Assembly (NCBI GenBank): GCA_902764285.1
Contig: CACWVN010000022.1
Span: forward strand, 1,446-65,445
Direction of reading: 5' to 3'
Source of the DNA: an uncultured Eubacteriales bacterium
GTDB lineage: Bacteria > Bacillota > Clostridia > Christensenellales > Aristaeellaceae
DNA: 64,000 nucleotides
The translations under genes were made by a program, and so were the position numbers. The notes beneath the pieces are model-generated. The model was not told where the DNA came from and did no database searches. It saw nothing but the letters and a program-made list of their open reading frames with translations. Of this stretch, positions 45,610 to 57,110 are shown one piece after another. Each line of letters opens with the position of its first letter. The first letter of the stretch is position 1.

Positions 45610-45723
45610 GCGAACACCTCCTGTTGATTGGACGAAAGGCCGCCGGAAATGGTTCCCCGCCCTTGACAAAGCGCCGCGGCGCGCTTATGATAAGCGCAGA
45701 ATCCTACCAAAGAGGGGAAAGCC

Positions 45724-46380
45724 ATGGCGAAGAAGAAACGCAGGCGCGGCGGCATCCGGCCGCTGGCGCTGATCGTGGCGCTGGCGGTGCTGGGCGGCGT
45801 GTTCGGGCTGGGCTGGTATTGCGGCGTGCGGTCCACGCGCTACCACGGCAAGATCCTGCTGGTGAACGCCGAGCACCGGCTGCCGGCGGACTACGTGCCC
45901 GAGGGGCTGGTGAACCTGTACCAGATGCGCCATTCCTTCCGGCTGGCCAAGAGCGACATCTACCTGACCCGGGAGACCTACGAGGCCGCGGAGAAGATGT
46001 TCCACGCCGCGGAGGAGCAGGGCATGAACGGCTTCTACATCACCAGCGGCTACCGCAGCTACGAGCGGCAGAAGGAGGTCTACGCGCAGAGCAAACCCGG
46101 CGAGGCCCAGGAGCCCGGCGCCAGCGAGCATCAAACCGGCCTGTCCTTCGACGTGACCGCCGAGAGCAGCAGCGGCAATTTCGAGGAGACCGAGCAGTAC
46201 GGCTGGCTGATGGCACACGCCCACGAGTACGGGTTCATCCAGCGCTATCCCGCCAACAAGTCCGATATCACCGGCATCAGCTACGAGCCCTGGCACTACC
46301 GCTACGTGGGCGTGGAGGCCGCGACGCGCATCCGGGAATCCGGCCTGACGCTGGAGGAGTTCATCGAAAAGAACCGATAG
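45724..46380 (+). CDS. D-alanyl-D-alanine carboxypeptidase family protein (VanY/M15B-like)
   Basis: TM anchor plus SGYRSYERQ, SEHQTGLSFDV and EPWHYRYVG zinc-peptidase motifs. Confidence 0.8.
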   Translation: MAKKKRRRGGIRPLALIVALAVLGGVFGLGWYCGVRSTRYHGKILLVNAEHRLPADYVPEGLVNLYQMRHSFRLAKSDIYLTRETYEAAEKMFHAAEEQGMNGFYITSGYRSYERQKEVYAQSKPGEAQEPGASEHQTGLSFDVTAESSSGNFEETEQYGWLMAHAHEYGFIQRYPANKSDITGISYEPWHYRYVGVEAATRIRESGLTLEEFIEKNR

Positions 46381-46391
46381 GAGATCGAACG

Positions 46392-46919
46392 ATGGTCTAT
46401 TTGCGGGACGGCGGCATCGTCGTGCGCGATCTGCGGCGCCCGGACGCGGACGCCATCGCGGCGGCGGAGGTCGCCCAGGGCTGGGCGAACGCCTCGCCGG
46501 AGAAGTATCTGAAGCGGCTGGCGGACCGGGACGCGGGCCGGGCGATCGCCCTGGCGGCGGAGCTGGACGGCGAGGTCGCCGGCTACGTCAACGTGTATCC
46601 CGGCGGCAACGGCGGGGCCTTTGCCGGGCGGGGCTGGCCGGAGATCGTCGATTTCGGCGTACTGGAAAAGTTCCGGCGGCGGGGTGTCGGGTCGCGGCTG
46701 ATGGACGCCGCCGAGGCCGTTGCCGCGCGGTACGCGGATGCCGTGTACCTGGGCGTGGGCCTGCACAGCGGCTATGGCAGCGCCCAGCGGATGTACGTGA
46801 AGCGGGGCTACGTGCCCGACGGCAGCGGCGTCTGGTACCGGGACGCGGCGTGCGCGCCCTACGCGCCCTGTATAAACGACGACGAGCTGGTGCTGTACCT
46901 GTCGAAAAAGCTGCGATAG
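46392..46919 (+). CDS. GNAT family N-acetyltransferase
   Basis: Contains the FRRRGVGSRLMDAA acetyl-CoA-binding motif. Confidence 0.7.
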   Translation: MVYLRDGGIVVRDLRRPDADAIAAAEVAQGWANASPEKYLKRLADRDAGRAIALAAELDGEVAGYVNVYPGGNGGAFAGRGWPEIVDFGVLEKFRRRGVGSRLMDAAEAVAARYADAVYLGVGLHSGYGSAQRMYVKRGYVPDGSGVWYRDAACAPYAPCINDDELVLYLSKKLR

Positions 46920-47034
46920 CGCGCGGAATCCCTGCGCGCATCGCCGCATCGAACGATGTCCGTGCAGGGGCGCCGATGCGGCGCCCGCCCCAGCAAGCAT
47001 CCCCGCGCCATTCGGCGCGGGGATGCTGTCGTTC

Positions 47035-47994
47035 TCAATATCCCTTATTCCGGTCCACGCGCCGCCTGAGCGGCCGGCCGTCGCAGTAGTTGTCGAAGTC
47101 CTCCAGGAACATTTCCACGATCCGGTCGACCGTGTAGCCCAGCGTCATGTTCCCGGCCACGTGGGGCGTGATCAGCAGCCGCGGGCAGTCCCACAGCGGG
47201 CTGTCCGGCGGCAGCGGTTCGGTTTCAAACACGTCCAGCGCCGCGCCCGCCAGCCGGCCGTCCCGGAGCATCGCGGCTAGCGCGGCCTCGTCCACGGCGC
47301 TGCCCCGGCCCACGTTCACGAGATACGTGTCCTCCGGCAGCAGCGCCAGCCGCCGCGCGTCCATGATCCCCGCGGTTTCGGGCGTGCCCGGCAGCGACAT
47401 CACCAGCAGGTCGGTCTCCGGCAGCGCCTCGTCCAGCCGCGAAACGGGCAGCACCCGGTCGAATTCGCCGGGGTTTTTGCCCGACCGGTTCACGCCGGTG
47501 ATCGACGCCGGCTCGAACCCGCGCAGCCGCCGGGCGGCGGTGCGGCCGATGTCGCCAGCGCCCAGCAGCGCGATCCGGCTGCCGCGCAGCGAGCGGATGG
47601 GCAGGTCGCGCCGCCAGCCGCGCCCGGCGACGATCTTGTCGTAATCCAGCTGCCGGCGCATCAGTTCCAGCGCCGCCATCACGATGTGCTCGGCGATGGT
47701 CACGCCGTAGGCGCCGGAGGAATTCGTCAGCACCGCCTCCGGGCTGGCGTAGATCTCCGGGGACAGGTAGGCTTCCGCGCCCGCGCTGGGCACGCACAGC
47801 CATTTCAGCCGCGGCGCGGCCCCGGGCAGGGCGACGTCGGGCCCGAAGATGATCTCGGCGTCGGCGGCCTCGGCCAGCGCCTGTTCCCGGCTTTCACAGA
47901 ACACCGCGGCGAAGCCCCGCCGCGCGGCGGCTTCGGAGATCGCCGCGCGGTGGGCCGGGGTCAGCTGCGCGATGTCGACCAGTATTTTTTTCAT
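47035..47994 (-). CDS. D-isomer-specific 2-hydroxyacid dehydrogenase family protein
   Basis: Contains an LLGAGDIGRTAARRL Rossmann motif and ITPHVAG catalytic-His region. A GGAGG ribosome-binding site precedes the ATG at 47994. Confidence 0.8.
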   Translation of the reverse strand: MKKILVDIAQLTPAHRAAISEAAARRGFAAVFCESREQALAEAADAEIIFGPDVALPGAAPRLKWLCVPSAGAEAYLSPEIYASPEAVLTNSSGAYGVTIAEHIVMAALELMRRQLDYDKIVAGRGWRRDLPIRSLRGSRIALLGAGDIGRTAARRLRGFEPASITGVNRSGKNPGEFDRVLPVSRLDEALPETDLLVMSLPGTPETAGIMDARRLALLPEDTYLVNVGRGSAVDEAALAAMLRDGRLAGAALDVFETEPLPPDSPLWDCPRLLITPHVAGNMTLGYTVDRIVEMFLEDFDNYCDGRPLRRRVDRNKGY

Positions 47995-48008
47995 GGAGAC
48001 CTCCGCCG

Positions 48009-50000
48009 TTACCACAGCGCCTTCGCCGCGGCGTCGGCGTCGGCGAACGGCCCGGGCAGCGCCTCCGCGCCGCGGTGGCCGCCGAAGTAATCCCGGTCAA
48101 AGGTGATCGGCGTGCCGTCGGGGTTCTCGAAGGGCTGATCCGGCTCGAAGGCGCGGCCCAGCGTCTCGGTGGTGACGATCCCGCAGCGGAAGTCCCGCAG
48201 GTATTCGTACAGGTTGGTCTTCAGCGCGGGCCGGCCATCGCGCGCGTCCAGCTCCACGGTGATCTCCGCGTCCGGGTCCACAAAGCCGCCTTTTTCGTGC
48301 TTGCTGACGGTCGCGCCGTTGAAATAGGCGTTGCCCTCCACCCACGCGGGCAGGTGGCCGAAGTGGTACTGCGCCAGCGCGCCCATGTCCGGCTCGCGGT
48401 CCATCATGAAATTGGATATCCATTCCTCATAGCTGGGGAAGATGTCGAACGGCGCGGTGCCCACGACCGGGTAATCGCAGTCCTGGGGCGTCTTGGTCGC
48501 GTCGGCGACGGGCCGGCGCTGCACGAAGATGTTGTTGTAGATGCGGTCGTCGCCGTGCAGGATCGTCATGAAGCCCGCGACCTCCGTGCGGTGGCGGATG
48601 TGGTAGGGCGTGTAGCGCGGCTCGCGCTGGCCGTTCACGACGCTGTCCACGCCGGAATTGATCAGCCCGAAGCCGCCGCACATCAGGTTGTGCACGCAGG
48701 CGATGCCCTCGCTGGGCATGATGACGGACGAGGCGGACAGCAGCACGTTGTCGTCGATCAGCGTGGGGCCGTGGCCCACTTCGATGAACACGTCGCAGTT
48801 GAACATCGCGCCCCGGGCCTGGGCGAGGCCCTCGGGCCGCTGGTTGTTGTACATCAGGTTCTGGCTGACGCGCGCGCCCTGGGCCTCCCAGTCCAGCCAC
48901 ACGCCCATGATGCAGTCGTGGATGTGGTTGCGGCGGATCGTCACGTCGATGGCGGCGTGCAGCTTGATGCCGGCGGTCTCCGCGCCGCCCAGCTGCTGGG
49001 ACGTGCACACGTGGTGGATGTGGCAGTCCTCGATGGTGGAGAACACCGCGCCCATGCGGCCCACGATGCCGGTCTGCTCGCAGTGGTGGATGTGGCAGCG
49101 GCGCACGGTGTGGTGGCCGACGTTTTCCTTCAGCCAGCCGTGGTACTGGCCGCGGCACACGGCGTCGCGCTCCATCTGGGTGGGGCTCTTCACGTGCTTC
49201 GTGTAGAAGTACATGTCGTTTTCCGGGTCGCGGTACTTGCCCAGCGAGATGCCGCAGCAGCGGCTGCCCCAGATCTCGCAGTCCTCAATGATCCATCCCT
49301 TCGCCCAGTGCGGGCCGATCATGCCGTCCTGGTAGGCGGCGGGCGGCGCCCAGGTGGTGGCCGCCTTGTTGATGTCGAAGCCGGAGACGGTGATGTAGTC
49401 CACGCCGTTCTCCTCCGGCATGAAGCAGTTGCGCCGGGCGGTGATCTCCACCTTCCGGGCGTTGGGGTCCAGGCCGTGGAAATTGGCGTACAGCACGGTC
49501 TCGTTCCCGTCCTGCTCGGAATACCACTTCCACGTGGATTCCTCCGCGTTCCACGCGCAGGGGTCCGCCGCGCCGGCCAGACAGTCGTCCAGCGAATCGG
49601 CCTCGTACATCATTTTGTCGTCCAGGAACACCGCGCCGGTATGCCGGATCGCGGGCGCGAAGTACCAGTCGCCGCACACCCGGGTGGCGAAGGGGTTGTA
49701 ATCGCCGAACAGGCCGTTGTCCACCCGGCGGACCCATGTGTCGCCCTTGAATTTCTCCCAGCCGGAGAGCGGCTCCGCGCCGGTGATCACCGCGCCCAGC
49801 GGCTCCTCGGAGCGGTACACGATGGGCGCGTCCGCGCGGCCGGCGTGGCGGGGCGTCACCTTTTCGCGGTACACGCCCTGCGCGACGACGATCTCGTCCC
49901 CGGCGACGGCGACGCGGGCGGCGTCGTCGATGCGTCGAAAGGGCCGGGCCGGGCTGCCGTCGCCGTCCCGGAAGGCGTTGCAGTTCACGTAATAGCGCAT
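48009..50000 (-). CDS. right-handed parallel beta-helix repeat protein
   Basis: The N-terminal DGSPARPFRRIDDAARVAVAGDEIVV pattern and repeated H-rich turns (IHHC, IHHV, IHDC) are typical of pectate-lyase-fold proteins. An AAGGAG ribosome-binding site precedes the ATG at 50000. Confidence 0.65.
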   Translation of the reverse strand: MRYYVNCNAFRDGDGSPARPFRRIDDAARVAVAGDEIVVAQGVYREKVTPRHAGRADAPIVYRSEEPLGAVITGAEPLSGWEKFKGDTWVRRVDNGLFGDYNPFATRVCGDWYFAPAIRHTGAVFLDDKMMYEADSLDDCLAGAADPCAWNAEESTWKWYSEQDGNETVLYANFHGLDPNARKVEITARRNCFMPEENGVDYITVSGFDINKAATTWAPPAAYQDGMIGPHWAKGWIIEDCEIWGSRCCGISLGKYRDPENDMYFYTKHVKSPTQMERDAVCRGQYHGWLKENVGHHTVRRCHIHHCEQTGIVGRMGAVFSTIEDCHIHHVCTSQQLGGAETAGIKLHAAIDVTIRRNHIHDCIMGVWLDWEAQGARVSQNLMYNNQRPEGLAQARGAMFNCDVFIEVGHGPTLIDDNVLLSASSVIMPSEGIACVHNLMCGGFGLINSGVDSVVNGQREPRYTPYHIRHRTEVAGFMTILHGDDRIYNNIFVQRRPVADATKTPQDCDYPVVGTAPFDIFPSYEEWISNFMMDREPDMGALAQYHFGHLPAWVEGNAYFNGATVSKHEKGGFVDPDAEITVELDARDGRPALKTNLYEYLRDFRCGIVTTETLGRAFEPDQPFENPDGTPITFDRDYFGGHRGAEALPGPFADADAAAKALW

Positions 50001-50067
50001 GGGAAAACTCCTTTCGATGTCGTCAAATGCCAAAAGGCGGCGCGGGAAACGCCCGCGCCGTTATCTG

Positions 50068-51348
50068 TTATCGGATCTCGCTCTTGCCGCCCATGTACAT
50101 GCGCAGCGCCTCGGGGATGCGGATACTGCCGTCGGGCTGCAGGTTGTTCTCCAGGAAGGCGATCAGCATGCGCGGCGGGGCCACCACGGTGTTGTTCAGC
50201 GTGTGCGGCAGGTACTTCTTGCCGTCGGCGCCCTTCACGCGGATCTTCAGCCGCCGGGCCTGGGCGTCGCCCAGGTTGGAACAGGAGCCGACCTCGAAGT
50301 ACTTCTGCTGGCGGGGGCTCCACGCCTCCACGTCGCAGGATTTCACCTTCAGGTCCGCCAGGTCGCCGGAGCAGCATTCCAGCGTGCGCACCGGGATATC
50401 CAGCGTGCGGAAGAAATCCACGGTGTTCTGCCACAGCCGGTTGTACCACATCATGCTGTCCTCCGGCTTGCAGACTACCACCATCTCCTGCTTTTCGAAC
50501 TGGTGGATGCGGTAGACGCCGCGCTCCTCGATGCCGTGGGCGCCCACTTCCTTGCGGAAGCAGGGAGAATAGCTCGTCAGCGTCTGGGGCAGCTCGTCCT
50601 CGGACAGCATCTGGTCGATGAACTTGCCGATCATGCTGTGCTCGCTGGTACCGATCAGGTACAGGTCCTCGCCCTCGATCTTGTACATCATGTTCTCCAT
50701 CTCGGCGAAGCTCATCACGCCGGTCACCACGTCGCCGTGGATCATGAACGGCGGCACGTAGTAGGTGAACCCGCGGTCGATCATGAAATCCCGGGCGTAG
50801 GACAGAATGGCGCTGTGCAGCCTGGCGATGTCGCCCTTCAGGTAATAGAAGCCGTTGCCGGACGTGCGGCGGGCGGAATCCAGGTCGATGCCGTTCAGCC
50901 GCTCCATGATGTCCACGTGGTAGGGGATCTCCCATTCGGGCACCACGGGCTCGCCGAAGCGCTCGTTTTCCACGTTCTGGGAATCGTCCCTGCCGATGGG
51001 CACGGAATCGTCGATGATCTGCGGGATCACCAGCATGCGCCTGCGGATCTCCTCGGCGTAATCGGTCTCCTTCTGCTCGATGGCGGCCAGCTCGTCCTGC
51101 ATGGCCTTCACCTCGCCCTTGGCGGCCTCGGCCTCGTCCTTTTTGCCCTGGCCCATCAGCATGCCGATCTGCTTGGAGATCTTGTTGCGCTGGGAACGCA
51201 GGTAGTCCGCGCGCTGGATGGCCTCGCGGTTCTTCCGGTCGAAATCCAGCACCTCGTCCACCAGCGGCAGCTTTTCGTCCTGGAACTTCTTCTTGATGTT
51301 CTCGCGCACGAGATCGGGGTTGGTACGGATCAGATTGATGTCCAGCAT
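50068..51348 (-). CDS. serS: serine--tRNA ligase
   Basis: N-terminal MLDINLIRTNPDLV coiled-coil arm and class II motifs (FRKEVGAHG, SGDLA...). Confidence 0.9.
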   Translation of the reverse strand: MLDINLIRTNPDLVRENIKKKFQDEKLPLVDEVLDFDRKNREAIQRADYLRSQRNKISKQIGMLMGQGKKDEAEAAKGEVKAMQDELAAIEQKETDYAEEIRRRMLVIPQIIDDSVPIGRDDSQNVENERFGEPVVPEWEIPYHVDIMERLNGIDLDSARRTSGNGFYYLKGDIARLHSAILSYARDFMIDRGFTYYVPPFMIHGDVVTGVMSFAEMENMMYKIEGEDLYLIGTSEHSMIGKFIDQMLSEDELPQTLTSYSPCFRKEVGAHGIEERGVYRIHQFEKQEMVVVCKPEDSMMWYNRLWQNTVDFFRTLDIPVRTLECCSGDLADLKVKSCDVEAWSPRQQKYFEVGSCSNLGDAQARRLKIRVKGADGKKYLPHTLNNTVVAPPRMLIAFLENNLQPDGSIRIPEALRMYMGGKSEIR

Positions 51349-51361
51349 ATTCGTCACTCCT

Positions 51362-51612
51362 TTTTGTTTGCGCCTGAGAAAAAAACAATCCTCCGTTCCC
51401 TGCCTGGGACGGAAGATTCCGCGGTGCCACCCAGCTTGCCCGCCTGCGCGGGCCGCTTTCGGCGATGTAAGGGTCGCGCCCCTCCGGCGTTTCGCCGGAA
51501 TGCTCGGAAAGCGGAAGCGCGCCGTCCCCGCCGCCGGTTCCCACCAGCCACCGGCTCTCTGGACGCGGATCACGGCCGCCTTTTTCCTCAAACGCACGCT
51601 GTTCGATTGGCA
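51362..51612 (-). promoter_or_regulatory. T-box leader (tRNA-sensing riboswitch) upstream of serS
   Basis: On the minus strand there is an AGAGAG stem I motif, the conserved T-box GGGTGGCACCGCG, then a terminator hairpin plus U-run (51372-51415). The promoter is TTGCAA, 17 nt, TATAAT at 51643-51615. Confidence 0.7.
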
Positions 51613-51799
51613 CCATTATAGCGCGGCGCCGCGGGTTTTGCAAGTAAAGAATCGGGTGCAATCGCGCGGAACGGCGGGCAGCACGAATAATGCGTGCCTT
51701 TTTGCCAAAATGCCGCCCAAGACGGCGGCGCTTCGTTGACAAAACCATATCTTCATGGTATATTATAGCGCAAAACTATAGCTTGCGGAGGGAATCGCC

Positions 51800-52723
51800 A
51801 TGACGCTGCAGCAGCTGAACTACATCATCGCCATATCGGAGAGCGGCTCCATCAACCGCGCGGCGGAGAAGCTGTACGTGTCCCAGCCGTCGCTGACCAG
51901 TGCCATCAAGGAGCTGGAGAAGGAGCTGGGCATCGTGATCTTCCACCGCACGGGCCGGGGCGTGACGCTGACGGCGGAGGGCGCGGACTTCCTGCCCTAC
52001 GCGCGGCAGGTGTACGGGCAGTACCTGAACCTGATGGAAAAGTACGGCAAGGGCGGCGAGCGCAAACAGAAGTTCGGCGTGTCGTGCCAGCACTATTCCT
52101 TCGCCGTGAAGGCGTTCGTGGAGACGGTGAAGGCCTACGACGTGGCGAAGTACGAATTCGCCATCCGCGAAACCAAGACCATCAACGTCATCACCGACGT
52201 GGCCCGCATGCACAGCGAGATCGGCATACTGTACCTGAGCGACTTCAACCGCAAGGCCATGCTGAAGCTGCTGAACGCCAATGGCCTGGCCTTCCACCAC
52301 CTGATCGACTGCAACGCCTACGTGTACCTGTGGAAGGGCCACCCGCTGGCCGGCCGGAAATCCATCTCCTTCGAGGACCTGGCGCCCTATCCCTGCCTGT
52401 CCTTCGAGCAGGGCGACGACAGCTCCTTCTATTTCGCCGAGGAGATCCTGTCCACCAACGAGTATCCCCGCAGCATCAAGACCACCGACCGCGCCACCAA
52501 CCTGAACCTGATGACCGGGCTGAACGGCTACACGCTGTGCTCCGGCATCATCTGCGAGGAGCTGAACGGCTCCGATTACATCGCCGTGCCCTACGAGGCC
52601 GATTCCAACAACCCCAACAGCGTCATGGACGTGGGCTACGTGGTCCGCGGCAACGCCATTTTGAGCGCCATGGGCGAGCGGTACCTGGCGGAGATCCGGA
52701 GGTATTTGGGGATCAGGGAGTAG
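51800..52723 (+). CDS. LysR family transcriptional regulator
   Basis: N-terminal helix-turn-helix region MTLQQLNYIIAISESGSINRAAEKLYVSQPSLTSAIKELE. Confidence 0.85.
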   Translation: MTLQQLNYIIAISESGSINRAAEKLYVSQPSLTSAIKELEKELGIVIFHRTGRGVTLTAEGADFLPYARQVYGQYLNLMEKYGKGGERKQKFGVSCQHYSFAVKAFVETVKAYDVAKYEFAIRETKTINVITDVARMHSEIGILYLSDFNRKAMLKLLNANGLAFHHLIDCNAYVYLWKGHPLAGRKSISFEDLAPYPCLSFEQGDDSSFYFAEEILSTNEYPRSIKTTDRATNLNLMTGLNGYTLCSGIICEELNGSDYIAVPYEADSNNPNSVMDVGYVVRGNAILSAMGERYLAEIRRYLGIRE

Positions 52724-52868
52724 GGAGTAGGGAGTAGGGGAATGCGCCCTCTTCCCGTAGGGGCGCCGATGCGGCGCCCGCCCAAATTAAGAAGGGAACA
52801 GGCAACAGGGAACAGGAATAGTGACTGGTATTATACCGGATGAACCGTTATGAAAAGGAGACGCTGAT

Positions 52869-53339
52869 ATGCCAAGAACAGAATGGAGCAAGCTGTCATC
52901 AATGCAAATTGGTAGATACGGGGAATACTATGCAAAAATGGAGTTTACATCTTACGGCTTTGATGTCTATACTTCTGAAGTTGATGATCATGGTGTTGAT
53001 TTTATTGCAAAAGATGGTGTGGGCAACTATTACGAAGTACAGGTGAAATCGATCAGAAATGACAATTATGTTTTCATAAAAAAGAATAAAATAACACTTG
53101 ACGATAATCACCTTGTTTGTTTCATCAGGTTTTGCGACGGTCAACAGCCGGATTGCTATGTATTTCCTTCAACTGTTTGGGAAAAACCAGACAACCATCT
53201 TTTTACATCAAAAGAATATGAAGGATTAAAAAGCCAGCCCGAATACGGAATAAACATCAGAGGACAAAAAAACCTGGATAAAATGCAACAATATAAAGTT
53301 AGCACTGTACTCCCTGTTATTTGGGCGAAGAATAATTAA
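52869..53339 (+). CDS. small PD-(D/E)XK-like (DUF4365/Mrr-type) nuclease-fold protein, AT-rich orphan
   Basis: 156-aa ORF with an AAAGGAG ribosome-binding site. The DHGVDFIAK...YYEVQVKS pattern resembles the D...(E/Q)xK core of Mrr/DUF4365 domains. Confidence 0.4.
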   Translation: MPRTEWSKLSSMQIGRYGEYYAKMEFTSYGFDVYTSEVDDHGVDFIAKDGVGNYYEVQVKSIRNDNYVFIKKNKITLDDNHLVCFIRFCDGQQPDCYVFPSTVWEKPDNHLFTSKEYEGLKSQPEYGINIRGQKNLDKMQQYKVSTVLPVIWAKNN

Positions 53340-53361
53340 CGCAAACAGCCTTCCCTTGTGA

Positions 53362-53391
53362 TTGACATGTTCCCCGGGGAAATAATACAAT
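53362..53391 (+). promoter_or_regulatory. sigma-A type promoter upstream of prfC
   Basis: TTGACA (53362-53367), an 18-nt spacer, then TACAAT (53386-53391). Confidence 0.4.
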
Positions 53392-53497
53392 ATAGGTTGT
53401 GATTTTACGCGCAAAGGAGCGTCGCTGATGTTTATGCCCATTTAATGCCCCGCGTTGAACCCGCATTTTTGATTTCAACGACACAGGAGGCATTATC

Positions 53498-55071
53498 ATG
53501 GATCATCCCGAACTCGCGGCCGAGGTGGCGCGCAGGCGCACCTTCGCCATCATATCCCATCCCGACGCCGGCAAGACCACGCTGACGGAGAAGCTGCTGC
53601 TGTACGGCGGCGCGATCCGCCAGGCGGGCAGCGTGAAGGCCCGCAAGGCCGCGTTTCGGTCACGTCCTCCGCGATGCAGTTCGACTATAACGGTTATAGA
53701 ATTAATATCCTCGACACCCCGGGCCACCAGGATTTCTCCGAGGACACCTACCGTACGCTGGTGGCGGCGGACAGCGCGGTCATGCTGATCGACAACGCCA
53801 AGGGCGTGGAGGAGCAGACCATCAAGCTGTTCAAGGTCTGCCGGCTGCGCAGCATCCCGATATTCACGTTCATCAACAAGATGGACCGCACCGGCCGCGA
53901 CCCGTTCGAGCTGATGGAGGATATCGAATCGGTGCTGGGCATCCGCTCCTGCCCGGTGAACTGGCCCATCGGCATCCACGGCGATTTCAAGGGCCTGTAC
54001 CACCGCGACACCCGGCTGATCGAGCTCTATTCGGGCGGCGATCACGGACAGGGACAGGTGCAGGTGGAGACGATCTCCGTCGACGACCCCGGCTGCCCGG
54101 CCAGGATCGGCCAGAGCTACTACGACAAGCTGATCGAGGACATCGAGCTGCTGGACGTGGCGGGCGACGAGTTCGACATGGACAAGATCCTGTCCGGCCA
54201 GCTGACGCCCATGTTCTTCGGTTCCGCCACCAACAACTTCGGCGTCGAGCCGTTCCTGAACCGCTTCCTCAGCTACACCAAGTCGCCCACGCCGCGCGTG
54301 GCTGAAGGCGTCGGGCCCATCGACCCCGCGGACGCGCAGTTCACCGGCTTCATCTTCAAGATCCAGGCCAACATGAACCCCGCCCACCGCGACCGGCTGG
54401 CGTTCATGCGCGTGTGCTCGGGCGTGTTCGAAAAGGGCATGACGGTGTGGCATTCTTCCACGAACAGCCGCATCAAGCTGGCCCAGCCCCAGACCTTCAT
54501 GGCCCAGGAGCACGAGACCGTGGAGACCGCCTATCCCGGCGACATCATCGGCCTGTTCGACCCCGGCATCTTCCGCCTTGGCGACACCATCTGCACCGGC
54601 AGCCCCGTGAGATACTCGGGCATCCCGCTGTTCGCGCCGGAATTCTTCTGCCGCGTCAGCCCCGAGGATTCCATGAAGCGCAAGCAGTTTTTGAAGGGCG
54701 TCAGCCAGCTTTCCCAGGAGGGCGCGATCCAGACCTTCAAGCGGCCCAACATCGGCCGCGAGGAGATGATCGCCGGCGTCGTGGGCGTGCTGCAGATGGA
54801 CGTGCTGGAGTACCGGCTCAAGAGCGAGTACGGCGTGAACATCCTGCGGGAGAACCTGCCGTTCCGCTTCGTGCGCTGGGTGGTTCAGACGCCGAAGCCG
54901 CTGGAGAAACTGCGGCTGACGAGCACCACCGCCATCGCCGAGGACCGCGCCGGGCGGCCGGTATTGATGTTTGAAAACGAATGGTCCATCCGCCTGGCGG
55001 GCGAAAACAACGAGGGCCTCGTCCTCGCCGAGACCGCCGACCGCATGACCGCGGACGAGATGGACATCTGA
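53498..55071 (+). pseudogene. prfC: peptide chain release factor 3, with an internal deletion and frameshift in the switch I region
   Basis: The N-terminal 52 codons ([12 protein letters not shown]) are in frame 2 and the rest (VTSSAMQF...DTPGH...NKMD...) is in frame 1 from about 53656. About 15-16 codons expected between ARKAA and (I)SVTSS are absent. Confidence 0.75.
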
Positions 55072-55224
55072 TTTGTTGGACAAATCGGATGTCCAGGGAG
55101 CAGGGAAGAGGGAGAAGGGAGCAGGAAATGCCTGAAACTCCCGCCTTTGTTTGTTCCCTGGCTGTTTCTGCTCCCTGTTCCCTGCTCCATGAAAATTCCC
55201 TTGACCTGAAAAGAGGTAATTCCC

Positions 55225-57057
<1,833 letters not shown>

Positions 57058-57110
57058 GGAACTGGCGGGGGCCGCGGAGACATCCCGGCCGTCCGCAAAG
57101 GAAGCAAGCC

